IMG/VR virus record: IMGVR_UViG_3300029286_003706
Location: 1 to 64,000 of that record
Length of the DNA stretch: 64,000 nt
Strand: one strand, 5' to 3'
DNA from: a virus
The notes beneath the pieces were generated by a model that did no database searches, was not told the DNA's origin, and saw only the letters and a list, made by a program, of their open reading frames with translations. This document shows, piece after piece, positions 46,353 to 55,444 of the stretch. Numbering within the stretch: the first letter of the stretch is position 1; the number at the start of each line of letters is the position of its first letter. A program made the translations under genes and the position numbers.

Positions 46353-47144
46353 ATGATAAACATTATTATTTTCAGCAAAAATCGAGCATGTCAATTAGAG
46401 TTATTAATTCGTTCAATGAAGGAATTTTTCAAAGAATTTAGTGAATGTGAAATTAAAATTTTATATACTTATTCCAATTATGAATATGAAACCGGATATA
46501 ATAAATTAAAAATCATTCATTTTGAGCCGAACATCAAATATGTTAAGGAATCAAAATTTCAGAATGATTTAATATTTCTATTCGATAAATCACAACCATT
46601 CACTATATTTTTTGTTGATGATAATGTTTTTAAAGAACCATTTTCATTAGAAGATAAGGAATTCAAAACATTTTCAAGTAGGAAAGATATTTTGACATTA
46701 TCATTGAGATTACATCCCAGATTAAATTACTGTTATCCGGCTAGATTAAGACAAGTATCACCACAAATGGATACAGATGGTGTTTATAATTGGTTTGGAA
46801 AACCGGGAGATTTTGGATACCCGATGTCATTAGATGGCCATATCTACTATACGAAGAATATCCAGTATTATTTTTCCAATTATCGTTTTAATGGACCTAA
46901 TGATCTAGAAAGTCAAATGGCAATGAATCCGATTCCAATCCCAAATATGATGTGTTACAATAAATCTAGAATAATTAACTTACCAGTTAATAAAGTTCAA
47001 GATTTTAATAACAATGTTCATGGAAAAATCCCAGCTAAATATTTGAATGAACAATTTTTAACTGGGAAGATAATATCAATGGAAAATATCAGGGGAATTG
47101 ACAATACTAGTTGTCACCAAGAGATTGAAATTCTCTTACATTAA
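46353..47144 (+). CDS. glycosyltransferase, GT-A/GT2-like
   Basis: IIIFSKNRACQL..LI.S, FFVDD, YPMSLDGHIY. Confidence 0.65.
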   Translation: MINIIIFSKNRACQLELLIRSMKEFFKEFSECEIKILYTYSNYEYETGYNKLKIIHFEPNIKYVKESKFQNDLIFLFDKSQPFTIFFVDDNVFKEPFSLEDKEFKTFSSRKDILTLSLRLHPRLNYCYPARLRQVSPQMDTDGVYNWFGKPGDFGYPMSLDGHIYYTKNIQYYFSNYRFNGPNDLESQMAMNPIPIPNMMCYNKSRIINLPVNKVQDFNNNVHGKIPAKYLNEQFLTGKIISMENIRGIDNTSCHQEIEILLH

Positions 47145-47289
47145 TCTGACCAAAAACTATCACTATTTTTACAAATTTCTTCACCTTCTAATGATATACT
47201 TACTTCGATTACAGTGTATTCATTATCATAATCACGTTCTTTACTTGTTGAAATTTGTATAGTCAAGTTATCTTTTAAAAAACTACGCA

Positions 47290-47826
47290 TTACTTTCCTT
47301 GAAACAGTTCAAATGTTCCGTCTTTTTTATTAATTTTCATCACACCCCTACGTGACTTATCATTATCATATGCATTATCTAGAAAAAGAAAATCATCTGA
47401 TTCCATGTGAGTATATGATTGACAATACAGAAACCCAGTTTCAATGTTATAGTAGTTATTATCAAGATGATAGATAACACTATTCTTTATCAAGTACGGT
47501 GATTTGAAATGATCACAGATAACCTTTTCATCACCATTCTTATTTAAGATCACCCAATTGCCTTCTAGGTGTTTAGGATCTTTACTTCCTGACATTTTAA
47601 GGATATCTTTAGGATAAAATGCTTCTGTATATTTCAAAATTGCGAAGTATTCATCAATGTTGAGTTTTGGTGTACTCATACCACCAATTCTGTAAAGAGT
47701 ATTTCTTATGGGTTTACCATCCCGACAAAGTAATATAAAATCATTACAATGTTCATTCCACTCTTTTCTGTATGATTCATCAATCTGAATACTACCAAAT
47801 TGTAACTTGCCTATATTATTTTCCAT
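47290..47826 (-). CDS. hypothetical protein
   Basis: 178-aa ORF. Confidence 0.7.
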   Translation of the reverse strand: MENNIGKLQFGSIQIDESYRKEWNEHCNDFILLCRDGKPIRNTLYRIGGMSTPKLNIDEYFAILKYTEAFYPKDILKMSGSKDPKHLEGNWVILNKNGDEKVICDHFKSPYLIKNSVIYHLDNNYYNIETGFLYCQSYTHMESDDFLFLDNAYDNDKSRRGVMKINKKDGTFELFQGK

Positions 47827-47859
47827 AGTTGTTCTTTTGGTTTTATGGTTTTATTGTGA

Positions 47860-48378
47860 TTACGATGCTTTTTTATATTCGTTAAGAAAATTTGAATTCA
47901 ATTTAAAATCCGGTTTTAATCCACTTTTCAAACTCAATTTAGCTACGGTATCAGCTATTTCGTTACCATAAATACCTATGTGTGCTTTTATCCAACGAAT
48001 TTCAACATTTTTATTATGTTTTAAATCTTTACATTTGTTGGCTATTTTTAATAAGAGATTGTTATCTTCGGTTTTATTTTTTTTCTTACATTTACATTTT
48101 TTATTCAATAACAAAAAAACGTGAAGATTGTCGGTATAAATTACCCTTTTTTCTTTTTTCTCTTTTTTATTATTTCCTTTAATAAATGATAACGCTTTAT
48201 AAATCGCGTAACATTCACCAATGCTTGTACTGGATTTTTCGTTTGAAGAATTGAATTCACAATTTAGATGTTCGGTACTGGTTTTAAATCCAAATATTTC
48301 TTCGTTATCATCATTTAATATGACGAAAGAAACCCCGAAATCGTTTAATGAACCTGCACAATCAGTATAAATATCCAT
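47860..48378 (-). CDS. rnhA: ribonuclease HI-like (start revised)
   Basis: IYTD, GECYAI..AL, IYTDN, WIKAH.GIYGNEIAD..AK; follows TAACTTTG promoter at 48397-48404. Confidence 0.85.
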   Translation of the reverse strand: MDIYTDCAGSLNDFGVSFVILNDDNEEIFGFKTSTEHLNCEFNSSNEKSSTSIGECYAIYKALSFIKGNNKKEKKEKRVIYTDNLHVFLLLNKKCKCKKKNKTEDNNLLLKIANKCKDLKHNKNVEIRWIKAHIGIYGNEIADTVAKLSLKSGLKPDFKLNSNFLNEYKKAS

Positions 48379-48441
48379 ATATATTGAATTGGAATACAAA
48401 GTTACGATTATTTCTGGAAGAAAAAAATTATATATACAAAC

Positions 48442-49011
48442 ATGAAAAACTTCAATCAATTTTTATTCGAAGAAATAATATCAGATCCAAAATCACTTTT
48501 AGATAGTATTAATGCTAAAAAAGTATCTACTAATATTTTTAATATAAATATTAATGATTTTAAGGATATAGAAGATTTGTTTGAAGATGAAAAATTTAAT
48601 AAAGAATTGATTAATGGTGAATTTAAAAAAGATAATTTAGAAAGTACAAAAGAATATGAAACTTTTTTAAAAAATACCTTAAATGTTAAATATTTTTTAA
48701 TATTTAAAGATAATCAAAATGAATTGGAAAAACCAAAATATATTTTCATTCAAATAAAAAAAGATCAAAAGTGGGGAACAATACAATTTTATAAAGTTAA
48801 TTCGAATATGAAGAATTTCTATGATTTATTAACGAATAAGAAAATAGAAATAAAATCAAATGGAAAAAGTTACATTTATGTTACTACAAATGGTGGATTT
48901 GATTGGACACTTCAAAATTTACAAAATCAGGATTCATCATTTAAAAATATAATGAGGAATGAAGATATTAATAAAATACTTCAAAATTCCATTGTTCAAG
49001 AAATAGATTAA
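48442..49011 (+). CDS. protein with capsid-targeting-like tag
   Basis: MKNFNQFLFEE directly after TTATATATA. Confidence 0.7.
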   Translation: MKNFNQFLFEEIISDPKSLLDSINAKKVSTNIFNININDFKDIEDLFEDEKFNKELINGEFKKDNLESTKEYETFLKNTLNVKYFLIFKDNQNELEKPKYIFIQIKKDQKWGTIQFYKVNSNMKNFYDLLTNKKIEIKSNGKSYIYVTTNGGFDWTLQNLQNQDSSFKNIMRNEDINKILQNSIVQEID

Positions 49012-49076
49012 ACTTTTCAATTTTTATTAAATACAACCAAACAATTAGAATATATAAAAATAAACGGAAATTTTTT

Positions 49077-49538
49077 ATGAAAAAATACGAACTTTTAAGA
49101 ATTAATGATGTTTTAGTAAAATCCATCAATTATCAAAACCATGAATTTGCTTATGCAATCTTTAAGAATAAACAAATAATAGAAAATGCATTATTGGAAG
49201 TTGATTTTATGAATGATGTTGCACCAGAATATGTGGAATATGAAAATAAGAGAATAGATTTGTGTAGAAAAACTTGTAAAAAAGATTCTAACGGAATGGA
49301 TATTGTTAAAGATGGTCGATTTGAAATTGAAGATACTGAAACTTTTAAAAGAGTTATGGAAGAACTTAGAGAAATGTATAAACTTCATATTGATAAAAGG
49401 GATGAACAAATAAATCTTTTTAATCAAATAATGCAACAAGATATAGAATTACAATTTGTTATGGTTGAAAAGAAAGATTTACCAGTTGAAATAAAAACAG
49501 CAACTGAAATGTTTGAATATGGATTTATGATTTTATAA
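49077..49538 (+). CDS. hypothetical protein
   Basis: 153-aa helical ORF after a late-like motif. Confidence 0.7.
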   Translation: MKKYELLRINDVLVKSINYQNHEFAYAIFKNKQIIENALLEVDFMNDVAPEYVEYENKRIDLCRKTCKKDSNGMDIVKDGRFEIEDTETFKRVMEELREMYKLHIDKRDEQINLFNQIMQQDIELQFVMVEKKDLPVEIKTATEMFEYGFMIL

Positions 49539-50030
49539 TCATCCTTGAAAATTCGAATTTATCATCCTGATCGGACGAACATATGACCAAGCATTTTTCC
49601 ATAAAATGTGTTCCCAACCATTAACAAAATTGATTGTATGAACCATATCAACTAAATTTCCCTGTTCAGTGGAACTCCAATATATAGACATTGGTTCGTT
49701 TGATTCATTTAATTCAAATCCACCTATAATAGTTCTTTGTTTATACATTTCTCGTAGTTCATTAAGTGATGGTAAAAACCAATCTGTATATCCACTTAAT
49801 GTTAAATCTGAACAAATTTTGGCTGATATATTAGATACGTGACAACCATTTATAATATTAACTGTATTACCAGAACCAGACCCAATATCTGATGAAGTTC
49901 CTATTAAAATATTTGGACATCCCCATTGATAAGATCCAAAAATATCATTTTGGGCAGCTATTAAACCACTATCTCCAGAATCCCACGTATAAAATACAGT
50001 ACCACCACTTAAAACATCACCAATATTCAT
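49539..50030 (-). CDS. DUF1566 (Lcl C-terminal, C-type-lectin-like) protein
   Basis: GYTDWFLPSLNEL..MY, YWSSTE, F.NG......K.....VRPIR. Confidence 0.8.
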   Translation of the reverse strand: MNIGDVLSGGTVFYTWDSGDSGLIAAQNDIFGSYQWGCPNILIGTSSDIGSGSGNTVNIINGCHVSNISAKICSDLTLSGYTDWFLPSLNELREMYKQRTIIGGFELNESNEPMSIYWSSTEQGNLVDMVHTINFVNGWEHILWKNAWSYVRPIRMINSNFQG

Positions 50031-50080
50031 TTTAATATAATTTTTTTTATTATATATTAAAAATGATAATTCTTAAAATT

Positions 50081-50713
50081 CTAATATTGATAATTCTTTG
50101 TGCTTTTACGGCATTTTATTTGTGCAAGATTATTTTTTTCTCGATCCCCTTTTTCTAATCCAAATTTTTTCTTTTTTAAAACCAACCCCTCAATCATGTC
50201 TATTTTTGTTAATTTTTCCCAAATTGAATCGAATTCAGTGAAAAATGATTTTACCAACCAAACGTTTTCAGTTATTTGATAACTATATTCATTTTCACCT
50301 ATGATCTGATCCTTAAAAATATCGTATAAAAGTTTCCATCTATCTTCAAATGTTTTTCCAAGAAAATAATCATCATTAAAAACAAGAATATCGAATATAA
50401 CAAATTTATGGTTGAATGTTTTATTTGTTTCATCTTTCTTTGATTTGTCCATGTATTCACCCACCACAACATTCCAACCATCGTTTTGAAATAATTTACG
50501 TAATTCAGACGGATCTAATTTCCATCTTGTTAACGGTTCGTTATGACGATTCATTGGTAGAAATTTTTCGGAATTGAAAAAAATCGGACCACAATCACCA
50601 TTGAATTTTGGTTGAGCTAAAAATGAACCATCATCATATTCTCTAAGAACTGATTTTGGTATTTTTTTTTCCGGACGTGGTGGATAAATGTAACGATAAG
50701 ATTTATATTCCAT
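50081..50713 (-). CDS. minimal ATP-dependent ligase (adenylation domain only)
   Basis: AQPKFNG, VVGE, FVIFDIL, IEGLVLK, KCRK. Confidence 0.75.
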   Translation of the reverse strand: MEYKSYRYIYPPRPEKKIPKSVLREYDDGSFLAQPKFNGDCGPIFFNSEKFLPMNRHNEPLTRWKLDPSELRKLFQNDGWNVVVGEYMDKSKKDETNKTFNHKFVIFDILVFNDDYFLGKTFEDRWKLLYDIFKDQIIGENEYSYQITENVWLVKSFFTEFDSIWEKLTKIDMIEGLVLKKKKFGLEKGDREKNNLAQIKCRKSTKNYQY

Positions 50714-50937
50714 AGATTATTTTTCTTTCAAATATGATTTTAAAATAACAATTCGTTTCAGTCGATTTTTACAAAAATGATTAGTACCGTGTTTGATAAT
50801 TGATTTTCGACATGATAATTCTAAATATTTTATTTTGGATAAAGCTTCTACTTTAGTTAAATTTTCCATATTTCCATTATTTTTCAAATACAAAATTACA
50901 ACTTTTTTTAATTAAAAAAAATTTTATATATATCTTT

Positions 50938-51912
50938 ATGATAAAAAAATTCCATTTATTTGAAAAACAACTGCAACTTTTTGATTTACCAAAAACAGAT
51001 AAGGATGTTATACACCAAGTCATAACCAAACATCAAACAAAACCAGTACCAGTAAATATTAAAAGGGGAAATAAATTACAAGATGATTTGGATAAGTGGA
51101 CGAGTGAAGAAATTATAAACAAAAAAATTTATGATTATTTGAAAAATAGTGATTTTGGTGGTGATTATATGGATTTATTATCGAAAAATCTTGAAGTTTT
51201 ATGTGATTACGTGGAAGAAAAACCAGAAATGATTTCTAATAGTTATAAAAATTTACCAGAATGGCCAAAAAATGAACGGGGAAAAGAAAAAACTTTATCA
51301 GAAATAATAAGGTCTGATGATTATTGGTTTTGTCATGTAGATAATTACGTTGAAGATGAAGACGATTTTAAAAATTATTTTTTGGAATCCACAAAAAATA
51401 ATTTATATCAACTTTATGACGTAGAATATTTATATGATTTGAAAGATGCTATTTATGATTCAAAAGACCCATATAGATTGAAAATTTATAGGGCTATAAC
51501 ATTACCAAAGAATGTCGAAGAGTTGGACGATTATAATGGTGTCGGTGTTTATTGGACGTATGACAAAGAAAAAGCGGAGGCTTATTGGTCCAAACATAAT
51601 AGAGAATTTATTTTAGAAGGATGGGTTTATTCTAATGGAATTGATTGGGAAGAAACGGTTTATAAGTCTATTTATATTATGAAAGATGAAAGGGAAATTT
51701 TTTTATATAATGAAACACCAATTGAATTGACTTCGGTTTATATGAAAAGTATATATAATGAATTTAGAGAAATTAATTCAGTAATTGATGAAGAAAAACG
51801 GATTATTAAATTATTTGGTTTGAAAAGCGATCAAATTTCAAATTATTTAATAAACAAACACAAAAATATGTCTACGATTATTTTTGATGAACCAATCTGG
51901 GTGAAAGCATGA
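50938..51912 (+). CDS. putative ADP-ribosyltransferase-like internal virion protein
   Basis: KIYRAI...GVYWTYDKEKAEAYW...DEREI; N-terminus MIKKFHLFEKQ. Confidence 0.5.
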   Translation: MIKKFHLFEKQLQLFDLPKTDKDVIHQVITKHQTKPVPVNIKRGNKLQDDLDKWTSEEIINKKIYDYLKNSDFGGDYMDLLSKNLEVLCDYVEEKPEMISNSYKNLPEWPKNERGKEKTLSEIIRSDDYWFCHVDNYVEDEDDFKNYFLESTKNNLYQLYDVEYLYDLKDAIYDSKDPYRLKIYRAITLPKNVEELDDYNGVGVYWTYDKEKAEAYWSKHNREFILEGWVYSNGIDWEETVYKSIYIMKDEREIFLYNETPIELTSVYMKSIYNEFREINSVIDEEKRIIKLFGLKSDQISNYLINKHKNMSTIIFDEPIWVKA

Positions 51913-51939
51913 AAAAAGGTGATAAATATCACCTTTTTT
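51912..51939. terminator. bidirectional intrinsic terminator
   Basis: AAAAAAGGTGATA-AA-TATCACCTTTTTT. Confidence 0.85.
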
Positions 51940-51970
51940 CAAAAACATAAACAACCAAAAACAACCAAAT

Positions 51971-52588
51971 TTATTTTACATTTTCACCAATTTTGGCGTT
52001 TTTCAGACCAAAAATCGGACGAATATCAGAAATATATTCTGAGATATTTCCTTTTCCGATGGTAATTGCCCGATCAATAGAACCCTTTTTTACTATCATC
52101 ACGGTCTTGGCCTTGATCAAACGATCCTTTTCATCAGTAGGAATATCCTTAATCTTTTCAATGGCCTTAGAAATCAAATCACCATATTTCTGAATGAGTT
52201 CAGTATCGAGTGAAAATTCGGTAATTTCTTCTGTTACTTCACCATTGTATTTTTCGGTGAGTTCGGTGAATGTATCCTCAGTTGGTTTGATATACTTATC
52301 CGATGGAATCAACATTACCGATGATCCACTTTCAGAAGTAAGAATGAAAGAATCCGGGTTTACTCCGGTTTTCTTGTATTGTGAGTTGAAAACATCAATA
52401 CAGGATGGTTTAAAGTCAGCTTCCACCATTTCTAACTTTGCCTTGATGTTGTCCATCTCAGCTTTCAATTGTGCATACTTAATTAAATTCTGATCGAAAT
52501 CAGTTCCGTCAACCTTGACGATAACTTTTTCGGATTTCTTGGTTGAAGAACCTGTAGCTTTTGCTTTTGATTTGTCGAATAAGTTCAT
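51971..52588 (-). CDS. hypothetical early protein
   Basis: Own promoter TACCTTTG at 52625-52632 and terminator; more C-ending codons than its neighbours. Confidence 0.75.
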   Translation of the reverse strand: MNLFDKSKAKATGSSTKKSEKVIVKVDGTDFDQNLIKYAQLKAEMDNIKAKLEMVEADFKPSCIDVFNSQYKKTGVNPDSFILTSESGSSVMLIPSDKYIKPTEDTFTELTEKYNGEVTEEITEFSLDTELIQKYGDLISKAIEKIKDIPTDEKDRLIKAKTVMIVKKGSIDRAITIGKGNISEYISDIRPIFGLKNAKIGENVK

Positions 52589-52660
52589 AATTTTTTGTTT
52601 TAGGGTTTATTTAATTTGACTGTACAAAGGTACGAACATTTACAATATAAAAAAAATTTT

Positions 52661-53095
52661 TCACAAAATTTTTGATATTTTTTTTACTTTAGTTAATTCG
52701 TCATATAAAACACCATAGTAATTTTTGGTTGGTCTATCATTATCAAATTTTAAAAAATTCAATTTAATTCCCTTAGATTTTAATAAATTACAAAATTCAT
52801 AATCACAACATTCTGGATAAAAAGTTAAACCAAATGTAAATGTAAACATATCAGATGACATTTCTATTTCTTCCCTACATTTAAAAGATTTCAAATCATC
52901 AATATATTCGTTTTTTGGATTAGTATATATTGTAAAATGAAACATTTCATCTTTTAAATAAAGATGATAAAATATTATATAATTGTGTGGAATATTAGTC
53001 TTACCGAAAAGTAAAGTTTTATTAGATTTGTTTTCTAAATCTTCGATTTTTATTTTTGATTTTCTTGTTAGAATTTCTAATTGTTTCTTATTCAT
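52661..53095 (-). CDS. hypothetical protein
   Basis: 144-aa ORF after prs. Confidence 0.7.
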   Translation of the reverse strand: MNKKQLEILTRKSKIKIEDLENKSNKTLLFGKTNIPHNYIIFYHLYLKDEMFHFTIYTNPKNEYIDDLKSFKCREEIEMSSDMFTFTFGLTFYPECCDYEFCNLLKSKGIKLNFLKFDNDRPTKNYYGVLYDELTKVKKISKIL

Positions 53096-53101
53096 AGTTG
53101 G

Positions 53102-54043
53102 TTATTTTAAAAATAATGAACTTAATGATTTATTTGTATCTATTTTTTTAATAGCTTTTGCCAACATATCGGAACAACTTAAAACAATAATTTTCGATGA
53201 TTGTTGTTTTAATGGAATGGTATCAAGAACAAATATTTCTGTTATTTTTGATTTTTCTAAATTTTCATAAGCATTTCCAGATAAAACTGGATGTGTTACC
53301 AAGCATCTTACACTTTTTGCACCTTTATCCATCATAAGATCAGCAGCTTTACATAAAGTTCCACCAGTATCTATCATATCATCTATAATAAAAACATCCT
53401 TACCAGTTACATCCCCAATAAGAATCATTTTATCAATTTCATTTTTCTTTTTACGTGTTTTGGAACAAATAACATAATCAACATTAAATTTATCAGCATA
53501 TCTAGACATACGTTTCACACCCCCGTTATCAGGGGCTGCAAATTGTAGATTTTGAATTATACCATCAGTTAACATTTTCTGAATGTGTGGCCAGAAAACA
53601 TATGTACCAAATAACTGATCAAAAGGAATATTAAAAAAAGCCCCAATCTGATCAGCGTGTAAATCAATTGAAACAACGCGAGTTGCCCCAGAAATTGTTA
53701 AAAAATCAGACATTAATTTGGATGCAATACCAACCCTTGGTTTATCTTTTCGGTCCTGTCTAGAATAAGAAAAAAATGGAATTACGGCGATGATTTGATT
53801 GGCACTCGCTCTTTTAGCGGCATCTATCATCATAAATAATTCTCCCCAATTGTCGAATGGTGGATTGGTTGATTGTATTAAATAAACATCTCTACCTCTT
53901 AAATTTTCTTCGAATGTTGGTTGAAATTCACCATCAGAAAATATCACTTTTTTAATCTTCCCCAAGGGAACACCCAGATTAAAGGCAACTTTTTCTGATA
54001 ATTCTTTACTAGCCGAACCGGAAAATATTTTTATTTTTCTCAT
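53102..54043 (-). CDS. prs: ribose-phosphate pyrophosphokinase
   Basis: FSDGE, YSRQDRK, DLHADQI, APDNGG, DDMIDTGGT. Confidence 0.97.
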   Translation of the reverse strand: MRKIKIFSGSASKELSEKVAFNLGVPLGKIKKVIFSDGEFQPTFEENLRGRDVYLIQSTNPPFDNWGELFMMIDAAKRASANQIIAVIPFFSYSRQDRKDKPRVGIASKLMSDFLTISGATRVVSIDLHADQIGAFFNIPFDQLFGTYVFWPHIQKMLTDGIIQNLQFAAPDNGGVKRMSRYADKFNVDYVICSKTRKKKNEIDKMILIGDVTGKDVFIIDDMIDTGGTLCKAADLMMDKGAKSVRCLVTHPVLSGNAYENLEKSKITEIFVLDTIPLKQQSSKIIVLSCSDMLAKAIKKIDTNKSLSSLFLK

Positions 54044-54143
54044 ATTTTATGGACTTTTTACAAAGATATAAAAAATTATTAATAAATAAAAATAAAATGG
54101 ACTTTTATTTATTAATATATAATAAGAAACAATAAATAGTAAT

Positions 54144-54296
54144 ATGAAAAAAGTTTTTAGTTTTTCAATAGATGAAAACATTATAAAAAATCTTGATAAA
54201 TTCTGTAAAGATGGTTTGATAACAAAATCAAAATTGATTAATAAAATTATACAAGATTTTATTGAAAAAGAAAATAAGAAAAATGATAGTAAGTGA
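54144..54296 (+). CDS. 50-aa ribbon-helix-helix protein (not in ORF track)
   Basis: MKKVFSFSIDENIIKNLDKFCKDGLITKSKLINKIIQDFI; overlaps nuclease start; promoter GGACTTTT-N6-TAATATATA at 54099-54121. Confidence 0.75.
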   Translation: MKKVFSFSIDENIIKNLDKFCKDGLITKSKLINKIIQDFIEKENKKNDSK

Positions 54297-55425
54297 TATT
54301 ATTCAAATTACAGTAAGCACCAAAGATATTTCTAGATTAAAAGAATATTATGGATTACTTAAAGTTGGAGATATTCAAGATATAAAAATTGATTATTTAT
54401 CAAAAAATAGTTCCAGAAAAATTCTTGTAAAATGTGATATTTGTGAAAAAGAAAAAAAATTATCCTATGGTAAGTATAATAAAAATATAAAAAAATATAA
54501 TATTTATAGTTGTTCTAATAAATGTTCAATAATAAAAAGAGAAAAAAGTAATTTATTGAAATTTGGATGTAAATATTATTCTCAAACGAATGAATATAAA
54601 GATAGATATAAAAAAACATGTTTAGAAAAATATGGTGTTGAAAACTATTTTCAATCTGAGATAGTAAAAAGTGAAATTAAAGAAGTTAATTTGAAAAAAT
54701 ATGGTGTAGAACATCCCACACAGTCAAAATCAATAAGAGATAAAATCAAAATAACGAACGAATCGAAGTCTGATGAAATTAAAAATGAAATGAAAGAAAA
54801 AACAAAACAATCCAATTTAGAAAAATATGGTGTTGAATATTCTTTTCAATCTGATATAGTAAAGAATAAAATTAAAGAAACCAATTTAAAAAAATATGGT
54901 GTTGAATATAGTTCTCAAAATAAAGACAATAGATCAAAATACAAAATTACTTGTTTGAAAAAATATGGAGTTGATAACGTATCCAAATCCGATGAAATTA
55001 AAAAATTAAAACAAGATGTTTGTTTAGAAAAATATGGTGTAAATCACACTTCACAAGTTCCTGAATTTTATATTAGTCAACAAAAATCCGGTTATAGATT
55101 ATTTTTTCACGACAATACAAAACTTAATTATAGGGGAACTTATGAAAAACATTTTTTAGATTATTGTTTTGATAATAATATATTAATTGAACGGGGAAAA
55201 AGAATAAAATATTTATTCGACAATAAGGAACATTATTATTTTTCTGATTTTTATTATGAACCAAAAAATTTGATTATAGAAATCAAAAGTGATTGGACAT
55301 ATAATAAATATAAAATTATCAATGATATAAAAAGAGAAAGTACAGAAAAATTAGGATATAATTATATGTTCATTTTTAATAAAGATTATAAAGAATTTGA
55401 AGAAGTAATTAAATTAAATATATAA
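54283..55425 (+). CDS. free-standing homing-type endonuclease with KYGV(E/D) repeats (start revised)
   Basis: KCDIC, six LxKYGV repeats, YFSDFYYEPKNLIIEIKS; paralogue of 1994. Confidence 0.78.
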   Translation: MIVSDIIQITVSTKDISRLKEYYGLLKVGDIQDIKIDYLSKNSSRKILVKCDICEKEKKLSYGKYNKNIKKYNIYSCSNKCSIIKREKSNLLKFGCKYYSQTNEYKDRYKKTCLEKYGVENYFQSEIVKSEIKEVNLKKYGVEHPTQSKSIRDKIKITNESKSDEIKNEMKEKTKQSNLEKYGVEYSFQSDIVKNKIKETNLKKYGVEYSSQNKDNRSKYKITCLKKYGVDNVSKSDEIKKLKQDVCLEKYGVNHTSQVPEFYISQQKSGYRLFFHDNTKLNYRGTYEKHFLDYCFDNNILIERGKRIKYLFDNKEHYYFSDFYYEPKNLIIEIKSDWTYNKYKIINDIKRESTEKLGYNYMFIFNKDYKEFEEVIKLNI

Positions 55426-55444
55426 GAATAAATAAAAATATTAA

